The notes under the pieces were generated by a model, which worked only from the letters and a program-made list of their open reading frames with translations, was not told the origin of the DNA and ran no database searches. A program made the position numbers and the translations under genes. A stretch of DNA of 64,000 bases from Ylistrum balloti (Eukaryota), in the NCBI RefSeq assembly GCF_031769215.1, contig NW_026781994.1, forward strand, positions 186,001 to 250,000. Direction: 5' to 3'. Of the stretch, positions 11,490 through 24,519 are shown in pieces. How positions within the stretch are numbered: the stretch's first letter is position 1; each line of letters starts with the position of its first letter.

Positions 11490-13830
11490 CCTGTGTTGTT
11501 GTCCTGCCTGTTTACCTGTGTTGTTCTCCACTTGTTTACTTGTGCTGTTCTCCACCTGTTTACCTGTGTTGTTGTCCCACCTGTTTTACCTGTGTTGTTC
11601 TCCACCTGTTTACCTGTGTTGTTCTCCACCTGTTTACCTGTGTTGTTGTCCCATCTGTTCTACCTGTGTTGTTGTCCAACCTGTTTACCTGTGTTTTTCT
11701 CCACCTATTCTACCTGTGTTCTCCTCCTGTTTACATATGTTGTTGTCCAACCTGTTTTACCTGTGTTGTTTTCCACTTGTTCCACCTGTGTTGTTGTCCA
11801 ACCTGTTTACCTGTGTTGTTGTCCCACCTGTTCTACCTGTGTTGTTCTCCACCTGTTTACATATGTTGTTGTCTAACCTGTTTTACCGGTGTTGTTTTCC
11901 ACCTGTTCTACCTGTGTTGTTGTCCCACCTGTTTACCTGTGTTGTTCTCCAACCTGTTTTACCTTTGTTGTTGTTCTCCACCTGTTTACCTGTGTTGTTG
12001 TCCCACCTGTTTTACCTGTGTTGTTGTTCTCAACCTGTTTTACCTGTGTTGTTGTTCTCCACCTGTTTTACCTGTGCTGTTGTTCTCCACCTGTTTTACC
12101 TATGTTGTTCTCCGCCAGTTGTGTTGTTGTCCCACCTGTTTACATGTGTTTTTGTCCAACCTGTTTTACCTGTGTTGTTTTCCACCTGTTCAACCTGTGT
12201 TGTTGTCCCACCTGTTTACCTGTGTTGTTGTCCCACCTGTTTACCTGTGTTGTTCTCCCACCTGTTTACCTGTGTTGTTCTCCAACCTGTTTGCCGTTGT
12301 TGTTGTTCTCAACTTGTTATACCTGTGTTGTTGTCCCACCTGTTTTACCTGTGTTGTTGTTCTCCACCTGTTTTACCTGTGCTATTATTCTCCGCCTGTT
12401 TTACCTATGTTGTTCTCCACCAGTTGTGTTGTTGTCCCACCTGTTTACATTTGTTGTTCTCCACCTGTTTACCTGTGGTGTTGTTCTCCACCTGTTTTAC
12501 CGGTGTTGTTGTTCCCAACTGTTCTACCTGTGTTGTTGTCCCACCTGTTTACCTGTGTTGTTCTCCACCTGTTTTACCTGTGTTGTTCTCCACCTGTTCT
12601 ACCTGTGTTCTCCTCCTGTTTACATATGTTGTTGTCTAACCTGTTTTACCTGTTGTGTTTTCCACCTGTTCTACCTGTGTTGTTGTCCAACCTGTTTACC
12701 TGTGTTGTTGTCCCACCTGTTCTACCTGTGTTGTTCTCCACCTGTTTTACCTGTGCTGTTGTTCTCCACCTGTTTTACCTATGTTGTTCTCCGCCAGTTG
12801 TGTTGTTGTCCCACCTGTTTACATGTGTTTTTGTCCAACCTGTTTTACCTGTGTTGTTTTCCACCTGTTCAACCTGTGTTGTTGTCCCACCTGTTTACCT
12901 GTGTTGTTGTCCCACCTGTTTACCTGTGTTGTTCTCCCACCTGTTTACCTGTGTTGTTCTCCAACCTGTTTGCCTTTGTTGTTGTTCTCAACTTGTTATA
13001 CCTGTGTTGTTGTCCCACCTGTTTTACCTGTGTTGTTGTCCCACCTGTTTTACCTGTGTTGTTGTTCTCCACCTATTTTACCTGTGTTGTTGTCCCACCT
13101 GTTCTACCTGTGTTGTTTTCCACCTGTTCTACCTGTGTTGTTCTCCACCTGTTTACCTGTGTTGTTGTCCCACCTGTTTTACCTGTGTTGTTGTTCTCCA
13201 CCTATTTTACCTGTGTTGTTGTCCCACCTGTTCTACCTGTGTTGTTTTCCACCTGTTCTACCTGTGTTGTTCTCCACCTGTTTACCTGTGTTGTTGTCCC
13301 ACCTGTTTTACCTGTGTTGTTGTTCTCCACCTGTTTTACCTGTGTTGTTGTTCTCCACCTGTTGTACCTGTGCTGTTGTTCTCCACGTGTTTTACCTATG
13401 GGGTTCTCCACCTGTTGTGTTGTTGTCCCATCTGTTTACATGTGTTGTTGTCCCACCTGTTGACATTTGTTGTTGTCCCACCTGTTTACCTGTGTTGTTC
13501 TCCCACCTGTTTACCTGTGTTGTTCTCCAACCTGTTTGCCTTTGTTGTTGTTTTCAACTTGTTTACCTGTGTTGTTGTTCTCCACCTGTTTTACCTGTGC
13601 CATTGTTCTCCGCCTGATTTACCTATGTTGTTCTCCACCAGTTGTGTTGTTGTCCCACCTGTTTACATTTGTTGTTCTCCACCTGTTTACCTGTGGTGTT
13701 GTTTTCCACCTGTTCTACCTGTGTTGTTGTCCCACCTGTTTTACCTGTGTTATTTTCCCACCTGTTTTACCTGTGTTGTTGTCCCAATTGTTTACCTGCG
13801 TTGTTGTTCTCCACCTGTTTACCTTTGTTG
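11490..13830. repeat. 2.3-kb complex satellite built from acctgt(t)tt, (gtt)n and ctcc/gtccc modules, with higher-order duplications
   Basis: Units vary in length. The rare variant tccgccagtt recurs at 12111 and 12790 (679 bp apart); a 120-bp block repeats at about 13041-13320. The plus strand is nearly free of TAA/TAG/TGA, which produces ORFs in all three plus frames. Confidence 0.95.
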
Positions 13831-13844
13831 TAGTCAATTTTGAA

Positions 13845-14090
13845 GACCCAGGCAACATACTGATGAGTTTTCATGCTACTCAAAACCAACTTTACCCTAG
13901 CTCAAATGTCTTGGCGTTCCTGGCCACTAACAAGATAACGCTCATCCAACATGTAGCAGGAGGTAAACAGAGACACTGACCAAAACGTTACCGTAACATT
14001 GACAGCTGCCTCAACCAACTCAAAGAACGTTTGGAGAATGGTTCAGCTGATGCTATCCAGCACAGAGCATCCCGTCTTATATCTAAAGTG
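13845..14090 (+). mobile_element. MULE/Mutator-type transposase C-terminal remnant
   Basis: PRQHTDEF / FHATQNQLYPSSNVLAFLATNKITLIQHVAGGKQRH*PKRYRNIDSCLNQLKERLENG resembles the RTNN..EG.H ... Q...G....KY...D.RL..LK..L..G tail of invertebrate MULE transposases; contains a frameshift and a stop. Confidence 0.5.
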
Positions 14091-15249
14091 ATATTTTGTT
14101 AACTTGTAACAGTGGTTTATATTTGATGATGTGTTTGGATATTTTTAACAGTTTTACCAAAGGAGTATTCATTATCAGTTCTTATTATAGACTTTCTTAA
14201 TATCTCATGAGTGCATTTAAGGTTGTACATATATATATTTGAGTAAAATGTATGTTTGTGTATCTCAAAAATATGCAAACCTGTGCTACGACTTTCTCGA
14301 CATCTGCAGATCTCTATGTTAAATTGAAATAATGTAATACACACTATGAACAGAACAGGTAAGTATTCCACCTGTATATAGGTACTATATCAGAACAGTA
14401 TAGGAAATAGTCTACATGTTCAGAGGTATATCAGAGATTGTGTTTTTGTTGTTATGTTGGTAGTCATAAATGATAAGAAGAAATTTACGCTAAATGAAAA
14501 TTAAATGTTTTTTCAGCAATTCATTATCAGTTTATCATCAGCAAAACTCTGAAAGATATGATCACACAATCCTTAACTTCAAAAATGGTTCAAGCTAATT
14601 GTCAAAGGGACTTAATGGCTAGATATTCATTTCATAACTGATAAAAAGCATTATTTGTTTTAGATATCTGTTAAAAATCGTTTACTTTCTGCTAATCATA
14701 ATATTTTAAAATTTGCATAACCATTTTATTAACAACGAAAAAAAAATTAAAATAAAATAGTAGCGTCCCAACACTAATTAATATCATTATCGTTCGGAGA
14801 GTGAAATCAATGTCTTTGCACGTGCAATTTTAGATTCAGATTAATTCAAATTCTTTTATTTCGCTCTGTTTGAATTTAAATCAATTTTATTGCATAAATC
14901 TTACACAATAGGATCGGGCGCAAGTTGTCACAACTTATAAATGTCCTCTCCACAATACAATTATACATATACATAACTTAGCAATGACCTAAATAAATCA
15001 GTACATAAATGGAATTTTTCAAATTTTAAGTAAAGAAGAAAAAGGACAGTAAAGAAAAAAGGTGCAAATAACAGAAAGGAAATGGGATGTTGAGAATTAT
15101 AAATTAAAAAAAAAAAGAACAAAGTAGGTGCTCAGGGCTAGTCAAATGGCACTGTCGACATGTAGAAATATAATGACCTGTATATGTACTTACACAAATA
15201 TTTTGCTATCGATAATATTTTTTTACAAATAGCTTCATTTAATTTTACG

Positions 15250-17050
15250 TCCAAGGAATTATCACCATACATAAGGTTTTCATATGTAATTTTACCATAC
15301 CTAAAATGAATGTCTCAGCATTTTATTTCTTTCTACATTGTATAATGGACAACGAAAAATAAAATGTTTCCCGTCCACTACAGTAAGTCCACATCGACAG
15401 TACGGACTGTCAGTTAGATTAACACGGAATATATCATTATTAAGAATACTAACACCATTACGGATACGACAATGTAAAATATTAACTCTCTTTTCGCAGT
15501 ACTCTTTTAAAAATCTTCCCATATAAGGGTAATTTTGCTGGTCTGATAGAATTTTGAAGCTGTTTCAAAGTGCCGCTATTTCTTTTTTCTAATGACAGAT
15601 TTAACAATAAATTACAGGTGTTAGGAATGAAAGAAGACATAGTTAGACTAAGACGGTAATGGGGAATTTGATATTTATCTTTATTTCTGAAATTATAAGT
15701 GGACAAGTCATACACTTTCGGAGAAAGGAGAGACACAAGATAGTTTGGTGAATTACAAGACTGAATTCTATATAAAAGACAGAGTTTTTAAAAACACCCA
15801 AAGTTCTTTTAAGGATTACCAGTTTAAGCCTTGACATAAGAGTGATTTACAGGTAAAGATGGGCTAACCTGTGATAATTCTGACGGATTCATACTATGTA
15901 TTTTCAATAGCTTCTGTATCTCCTTCGTTCAGTTATCCTAAACTTCACAAGCATATTCTAGAAGAGACCTAATATACACAAAAAATGATTTTTAAAGAAG
16001 TTTCCTGTTTAGAGTATAGTTTAGGTTTCTAAGAGTTGACAAACAATTTTTAGGTTTATTTATAATGCTATCAATATGGACACTCCATTTGGTGTTTTCA
16101 CTAATGTTAACTCCTAAATGCTTATGAGACTTGACTAAGGGAATCGTGTTGCCATCAAATTCAAATTTAGGTTCATAAGGTAGGTTAACAAATGATAACA
16201 ATAATTATTCAGTTTTAAGTGGATTAAAAGACATTAACCATTTTTCGTACCAAAGTCTTAGTTGCTCTAAATCAAAATGATAACTTGCTCCAATTCTGCC
16301 AAATTTTTAGTTGAGTGTGCCAATGCTGTATCATCAGCGAATAGTCGAGCAAGTGATAGTAAAGTATCTGCAATATCATTAATATATGTAAGAAAAAACA
16401 ACGGCACTAAAACTGAACCATGAAGAACTCCAGCTTTAAGAATTCTTTCAATACACTTTTTCATAACAACTGATTTTTTCTCTCAGAGGGATAGTATCCA
16501 AACCATTTCAGTAACTTTCCTGTAATTTCATAATTTCCAAGCTTCAAAATTACTCCCCTGTGCTAAACACGATCGAAATCTTTCGAAAAAAACACAAAAG
16601 ATAATCGCTATATGTTCTTTATTATCTAGAGCAGCTGAAATTTTATAGTAAACTTCTATTAGCTGATGAGTAATAGAGTGGTTCGGAAGAAACCCAGACT
16701 GTAGTTTATACAACAAATTTTAATCAACAAAATAATGATATATATATTTATATAAGATACGTTCAAAAACTTTCCCAATACAGCTTAATAACGAAATTGG
16801 TGGGTAGCTTTCTGGAAGCTCAAAATAACATTTCTTGCAAAGTGGTATAACAAGAGCAAGTTTCCGAGAACATTGAAATTGGCATATGTTAAGAGACTCG
16901 TTAAATAAAATCGAAAGGGGTACTGCATTCTCATTGACTGCTAGTTTTAACATTGTATGGCTTATTCTGTATGGTCCTGAGGCTTTGTTTACGTCGTAAC
17001 TTTGAATAATATCTACTACGTCTTGGGGAGTGACATTTAACACACCTATA
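15250..17050 (-). mobile_element. Decayed 5'-truncated LINE reverse transcriptase (CR1/L2-like group)
   Basis: Successive fragments: KASGPYRISHTMLK, KLALVIPLCKK...YPPISLLSCIGKVFERI, LQSGFLPNHSITHQL, AGVLHGSVLVPLFFLTYINDI...LFADDTAL, KSHKHLGVNISENTKWSVHI, and a C-terminal CRCG....HFIFRCPLY zinc knuckle; many stops and frameshifts. Confidence 0.92.
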
Positions 17051-17741
17051 ATAAATAGGACAAGGATTCATAAGAGTTATCAGGGTCGGTAATAGATTGA
17101 AAATAATGCAAATTATTAATATTTAATAAATAACTATTTAATATTTTTGATTTCCAACGCGAGTTACCTCCCATCATCCACTCGATAATGTTCAGCCCTC
17201 TTAGACCTTTTGTTTTTACACCGGAAACGACCTTTCATTTCCGTTTTTTTCACGGTGAACAAGAGGAAACCCTCCCACCCTACCCCTTCATTTTGAATAG
17301 AGTCTGTGCCAGGTTTACTTTTCTTCCAGAGTCGATGTTGGATCCTAGCCATGATTGAAGGAAAGTGGTTGTGTGATGCAGATGACACATTATGAACTTG
17401 TGTTTGTCAGTCAGTAGGGCAAAACATATCGATGGACTGTTCTTTTCTAGATGTTGAAACTGTTCCTGGTTTTTTGTATATATTCAGTGTGTTGATTAGA
17501 ATGACAGGACTACGCTAACATCAGTGCAGTGAAGAATTATAATTAAAGTTAAATTTACTAAATATTTGATGATCATTGGTCACCCGTTGATCACAAAAAG
17601 GTTTCGAATAATGGTATCTCTTTGTTGTATATTTGTTCCACTGTACTGGTAATTTTCACTCTATTTGCATTGTCTTATACATGTTTGATTGTACTGGTAT
17701 TCATGCCAGTCGGGCCGTAATTGACCTTTTGATTTATGTAT

Positions 17742-18092
17742 GAGTGGTAATTGACCCCATTCTTGATTGATGTGTGGGCAGTAATTGACCCCATTCTTGA
17801 TTGATGTGTGGGCAGTAATTGACCCCATTCTTGATGGATGTGTGGGCAGTAATTGACCCCATTCTTGATGGATGTGTGGGCAGTAATTGACCCCATTCTT
17901 GATGGATGTGTGGGCAGTAATTGACCCCATTCTTGATGGATGTGTGGGCAGTAATTGACCCCATTCTTGATTGATGTGTGGGCAGTAATTGACCCCATTC
18001 TTGATGGATGTGTGGGCAGTAATTGACCCAATTCTTGATGGATGTGTGGGCAGTAATTGACCACATTCTTGATTGATGTGTGGGCAGTAATC
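17742..18092. repeat. 34-bp minisatellite, about 10 copies
   Basis: Unit gtgtgggcagtaattgaccccattcttgat(g/t)gat; copies start at 17772, 17806 and so on. Confidence 0.95.
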
Positions 18093-19449
18093 GACGCCCC
18101 TTGCTTGATGTACGGGTTCAATGTTTTGGTTAACAACACTTTGGAAGAAAAATGTAAAGATGGTCTACAGAAAGCGAATGACATATTTTTGAGTTTGGCG
18201 ATCACAGTAAGAAAATTGATCAAAATAAAAGTAGAAAAGAGATAAAGGAGTTATAAACTAAAAAGGGAAATAAAAGTTGTATTTGGTATACAATGAATTT
18301 TGAAGGATAGACCGATAAAGAGGCTTCGTTTACATTTAATCAAGCATTATTAGTAATATATAGAAACTTTTAATAACCCTATTTAAAAAGTACTCATTTA
18401 CAAAATAGAATTCATTAAACATAATTGTTTTCACCACGCGTGTGAATTTTAAGAATTTCTTAACAATAAAATCTAGACTGCATACAACCAACTCTACAAA
18501 GAAAGGTAAAGCTATACACCAAAACACACATGCATGAAGCAAAACACACGCCGACATACACAAACACGTCGTGGGAGAAACGTATAACCTTACTTAATGT
18601 TATCATTAATCTTATTATTACTTAAAGCACGACCAAGTTTAGAGAATTGTTTTAATTTATATGTATATATATTATGAGTAATTATCAAGACGATTTCTGA
18701 CAGTGCCAACGACTGAATTCCGTACATATGCCCGCCTCCTGACCACCACAAATTAGACAGTTCATTTGTCGGACGCAGAAACAAGAATTCAGTCAATGGA
18801 ACGATTATGAAACTCAAGTATTCATGTAGATTTTTTTCCCATTTTTGCTGACAATACGAGTACAACAAAAATGACATTAATCACTTTAACATCTGTATAT
18901 ACATAGGTATACACTCCCTAACGAGTTCATCCACCTACCCATGTACACATTCACTCAAATACTTCCACACATATATATGTATTACCTGTATTTGAAATGT
19001 ATATCAACATGTGCGCGCACATACGCACACACCCTTACACACTGACTATACAAAAAGTAATGATAATCATATTACAATGTATAATCATATCGTATGACAG
19101 CTGGAGTCCCGAGGACACACTTATGGTTGTAGATAACTAATGTATACGTAACACACTGTATTACAACTTGTCAATCTACATTCAGGCTACTCGAACCAGA
19201 AATAAATGAAAATTGAAAGGGGAAAACATAGAAAAATGTATATATAAGACCTCCATATTGCAAAAGTAAGCACAAACTGTTGCAGAGGTTGTATGCTTTG
19301 ATATACATTTTGACTAAGTATTAAATGTTACTCATCTATTTTAATCTACTCATCTTATTGTTTATCACTTTTGACCGCAATCTTCAACATGCTGTAACAG
19401 ATATTAAGCACCGATTTTAAAGAGTAGAAATTTGCCTAGCCGTCAATAG

Positions 19450-19900
19450 GTACATTTACAAACTACAGATATGTACGTCTGGAATATCGTTCGTGTTCAT
19501 CTGAAACGTCATTTTGCTGTTTGAACGTTGAATAGATTCTAAATGTTTTATTTTCTGTCTAAGAGCTGAGAGCTCGACATTCTTTGTTTCAATAATATTT
19601 TGTAGGATAGAAATTTGTTGTTCTATTTGGTGTTTAAAGTTAGTTTCCAAAGAACCAGACACAATGTTTTTTGATATATTCTTTATTTTCAAAGAAATGG
19701 CGCATTTTGTCATCTGGTAGTTTTGAATATTTTTTTTTCATTGAAGACACTGTCTAGCTTTTGCAACAGCTTCCGCCACGGAACGGCAAATATTTGAACT
19801 AAATGGTTTATAAAACAGGGGTCCGATACGGTTTGATATACTCTGTCCGTCTCACTAAGGTGAAAGCTGGAGTAGGCGCGAAATCGTGAATCGAAATACC
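19450..19900 (-). mobile_element. Possible LINE ORF1 (coiled-coil) remnant
   Basis: QIEQQISILQNIIETKNVELSALRQKIKHLESIQRSNS resembles the coiled-coil plus LEQYSRRNN junction of ORF1p; disrupted; weak similarity. Confidence 0.3.
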
Positions 19901-21635
19901 AGCAGACTGGTTAGCTTGACCAGGTGATTCATACTGTAAAAGAACGTTTCAGGTCTGTTTGGGAGGAATTGTGCGGTGAAATTTGATTAATGTCCCGTTT
20001 ATTTCCAGAATCAACTAATGGAACAGTACCTGTATGTAGATAGATAGGCTTGTTACCTGGTAATAAACGGGGTGCTTTGATTCACTGTTGATTAACTCAC
20101 CTGAGTGACCCTGAGCACCTGAGATTTTACCTGTATCGGTCATGTCCAGATAAACAGAAATTCAGTAAGTTCACGAAACTCCAACTACGAAAACTCACAA
20201 TACGCTACAAGAATGTCCACGGTACGTTGTAAGACGAGGGTATCCAAAAAATTAAGTATACAAGTTTATATGGATATGGTATTTTCAGAAAAACCTCACT
20301 CCAATCTTACTAGGCCATCTCATGACATCATATAGTGTGAAACAAGAGGTACTTTTACAAAGTAAGAATTGAAACATGGCTGGTAAATTAAGTTTTGGTT
20401 AATTACATAATTATACATAGTAAGAAATAATATCAAAACGGCAGGTGAAAACGAGGCTCCGAAAGGTCACGTCATGAACTTGGCCATTTCTGATCTAAAC
20501 AGCGATTGATGATAGACAAAACAGCGAGTGTCGACAAGCGTTAGTTTGAAACGGATAATCTTTTTTCAATTTCTCTCGGAGAGTGTTATAATTTTGTGAA
20601 GAATCGAATTTTAGTTTTAATCTTACAATGCTTGCCCGAAATCAAATGCATGGGAAAAAATGATGAAATCTAACCATTTAGTCCATTTAACGATAAAAAT
20701 CTTCTTAGGTTATCCATGATGGAATTATTAGTAAAACATTTTACCTTTTTCAATAAAAATGAATCTCTGTGCCTTGATGTGGTAAGCTCCGTATGAATAT
20801 TCTGTCGGTCCGCTTAACAGGAAACGTTGGTGTATAGAGCGCTTCAGGAACTCCAAACACAATACACTGTATATAGGGTACTTATCACATCCAGATGAGG
20901 AAACTGAAACTATATTACTTCCTTGTCTAAAGTAATAATAATAATTCACTCCCTGTCCCTATTTCGTACATACTTATTTTTGGATTGAAAGTATATCAAA
21001 TGGCAAGCAAGAACTTATCATTTGTTGATTAATATAACACCAATTGAAATTTGATATTGTCATTTATCGGAATTGTACCCATGTAATGAAAATAACCTGC
21101 AAGGCATTTCGAACGTGAATGTACGAAGGTGTAATCATTATATAACGCATGACTGTTTGTAAAGTGTCGTTGTCGCCATTGTCAATTCTTGGCGATGTAC
21201 GTTATGTACAGATTAAACACAAAAGAACGGCCAAGATATTAACATTAGAAAATACAACAGTTTATATTCACATGGTGGAACGAAATGTTTTTCTTGACAA
21301 ATGTTTCTACAAACTTCCTGTTTAAGCGATGAATATATTGTTACGGTTATATACTGTAGTATCATCATGCAAACTTGATCATAAAAAAGCGAAGAACACA
21401 AGTATTTTAACACCATGGTGTCCAAATTTGACGTTGTAACACAATGGTCGTCTGTGTATATTTGTATTAAAGAAACAGAAACCGAAAGTAAGTTTTCGTG
21501 TATGTCAATAATGTTTTTGTCAACGCAAAGTGAGATTGTACATGTCTATTTAGTGCATTTCTTTATCATTTCCGAATAACAAGACATGAACATGTCCAGT
21601 TTCTCAAACTTTTAATGTAATTACAAATATAATCA

Positions 21636-22693
21636 TATCAAAGGATAGGATGTTGCACGATATTAAAGGATAGGATGTTGCACGATATTAAAGGATAGGA
21701 TGTTGCACGATATCAAAGGATAAGATGCTGCACGATATCAAAGGATGAGATGTTGCACGATATCAAAGGATAAGATGCTGCACGATATTAAAGGATAAGA
21801 TGCTGCACGATATCAAAGGATAAGATGCTGCACGATATCAAAGGATAAGATGCTGCACGATATCAAAGGATGAGATGTTGCACGATATCAAAGGATGAGA
21901 TGCTGCACGATATCAAAGGATGAGATGCTGCACGATATCAAAGGATAAGATGCTGCACGATATTAAAGGATAGGATGTTGCACGATATCAAAGGATAAGA
22001 TGCTGCACGATATCAAAGGATAAGATGCTGCACGATATCAAAGGATGAGATGTTGCACGATATCAAAGGATGAGATGCTGCACGATATCAAAGGATGAGA
22101 TGTTGCACGATATCAAAGGATGAGATGCTGCACGATATTAAAGGATAGGATGTTGCACGATATTAAAGGATAAGATGTTGCACGATATTAAAGGATAAGA
22201 TGTTGCACGATATCAAAGGATGAGATGCTGCACGATATCAAAGGATGAGATGCTGCACGATATCAAACGATAAGATGCTGCACGATATCAAAGGATAGGA
22301 TGTTGCACGATATCAAAGGATAAGATGCTGCACGATATCAAAGGATGAGATGTTGCACGATATCAAAGGATAAGATGCTGCACGATATTAAAGGATAGGA
22401 TGTTGCACGATATCAAAGGATGAGATGTTGCACGATATTAAAGGATAGGATGTTGCACGATATCAAAGGATAAGATGCTGCACGATATTAAAGGATAGGA
22501 TGTTGCACGATATCAAAGGATGTTGCACGATATTAAAGGATAAGATGCTGCACGATATCAAAGGATGAGATGTTGCACGATATCAAAGGATGAGATGTTG
22601 CACGATATCAAAGGATAAGATGCTGCACGATATCAAAGGATGAGATGTTGCACGATATCAAAGGATAGGATGTTGCACGATATCAAAGGATAT
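21636..22693. repeat. 25-bp minisatellite, about 42 copies
   Basis: Unit aaaggat(a/g)(a/g)gatg(c/t)tgcacgatat(c/t); period 25 (21640, 21665...); one copy near 22510 is shortened by 5 bp; no spacers. Confidence 0.97.
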
Positions 22694-22973
22694 TACGATT
22701 TTTTAAATACACTGAATTATAGGGCTTGTACATCACCCCGCCTTGAGTTGAACATTTCTTTCGTTATCTTTCGATTTTCCCGTCATCATTAACGTGTCTT
22801 AGTGGAACGAAACAGCTGTATAATGCAGTTCAATAGGTCAGTTAATTGCTTGCGTTTATTGCACCTTATTTTAATTTAAGTTGAAGGTTGATATTCACTT
22901 GTGTATCCTCATATTGATTTTAACCTACTTTTGTATCATTTTTTCTGATATTAAAACGTAATCTTGTCCCTTG

Positions 22974-23223
22974 GGTGGTTGGTTGATAACGGACTCGCCT
23001 TTCACCTAGCCAACCGGGGTTCGATTCCCGGAACGGACGTGAAAAGGCCAGGGGTCACCTTGCCGACCACGTGGGTTTTCCCCGGGTATTCCGGTTTCCT
23101 CTCACAATAAGACCCCCCGCGCGCTTAAATCCGGGCCAACAAGAGTGATCAGTATAAGTTGACATAACTTGTTTCGCAATTCTTGTAAGATAAATAAAGT
23201 TTATATTTTAGATTTATATTTAC
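22974..23223 (+). mobile_element. tRNA-derived SINE with V/Meta-type central domain and 14-bp target-site duplication
   Basis: B box ggttcgattcc; core gtgggttttccccgggtattccggtttcctc; AT-rich tail; flanked by aatcttgtcccttg at 22960-22973 and 23224-23237. Confidence 0.85.
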
Positions 23224-24519
23224 AATCTTGTCCCTTGACATTCACTCGCCGTCCATTCCAAATGTTAATTTTGTGTATATCTACGAGGGCTTCGCCTCTC
23301 AGTTTTAAGTACCCACGGTTTCAATAAGGATATGCCTTTACCTTTCTTATTCATCTTGATTCTACAAAAAGCTGTGACTCAGAGCAATCCATAATATAAA
23401 TACTCTTGATTTGTTGTTTTATGTTAAATCACAAAAAAATCAATCACGTGTAGCCCCAACCATTTATTATCTAGACACTTTTCACAGATAACAATGCTGA
23501 GATTTTATTTTTAGAATACTTCATAATACAGATTAACGGTTATAGTGGATCAAGGAGACCGAGTCCAAACTCTATTGATTACCTTACCGTTTAAGTTTGA
23601 AACTCCTTCATTACAATGCATAAAGAAAATGGATTTTAAAAGTTCTCCGCGTTCTCAAATTTGCATCTGACATGAAAGAAATATTGTCACAGAATTATAA
23701 ATAGTGTACATACATTCTTTTAAATCATACAAAGATTTGAATTGTTAACAACAGTCCATTTACAACAATCCAGTAGAAAAAATATTCTTATGCCGATTCA
23801 AAACAGATCATTGGCATGTGACTTCACCGTCGCAATACAAACAAAACGAAGTTGTTTTAAGTTTTAAACTGTTTTTTTTTTTTACAAGTAAATGTCCAAA
23901 GAGTGATTAAAATTCAATTAAACATGATATGATTAAAACAACGAATTGACATTGACGAGACAACATGCATAATTCAAACAGGATCGTAGGTCTCGCGTTT
24001 TTGTTTTTGTTTTTTATCTACCAGACATTTTGGAGATGTTTGTGTCAATGCGTTTTATCAAACAAGTTCATCTATGATAGATATGAATGAAGACTATATT
24101 TTGTAAGCACATTTAATAATAAAAAGGAACACAGAGTTAATCCCCAAGCTATATTTCCGAAAATGAAATTCGAGTTCGCCTTCCACTACGAATATCAATT
24201 TGTAATGCTTTAGATATCTAAACATTATTATGCCGCCAATACCGAAAAACAGAGATTATCGGGTGAATGTTTTGACAGTATCAATTACCACCATATAAAT
24301 AACAATGTGCCTCGTTTTTACACAAACGCCATAATTATCTTTTACTTATTTGGTATGTCAAAATGACAAAATTGACAAAAAATAAACAAAAACAAAAATA
24401 AACAATGTCAACATGTCAACATATTCATAAATCAAATACAAATTCAATAAGACTTGGGCATGATCAAAAGGTGAAGAAAATAAATATCTACATAGAGATT
24501 CCCGATAAAAGCACAAGGA

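Noticed and set aside
11411-13979. Long Cys/Leu/Val-rich ORFs (810, 524, 373 and 320 aa)
   Set aside because: All three plus frames are open because the satellite strand lacks stop triplets; unit lengths are not multiples of 3, and the same peptides appear in every frame.
14117-14371. Signal-peptide-like ORF (MEYLPVLFIVCITLF...) as first exon of the PPxY gene
   Set aside because: Weak donor (gtttgc) and only poor phase-1 acceptors downstream; the PPxY exon already carries its own signal peptide.
17661-18223. ORFs of 89-182 aa with repeating peptides
   Set aside because: Translations of a 34-bp minisatellite cycling through frames.
21636-22693. CRISPR-like regular array
   Set aside because: Repeats are contiguous with no unique spacers, there are no cas genes, and the context is eukaryotic.
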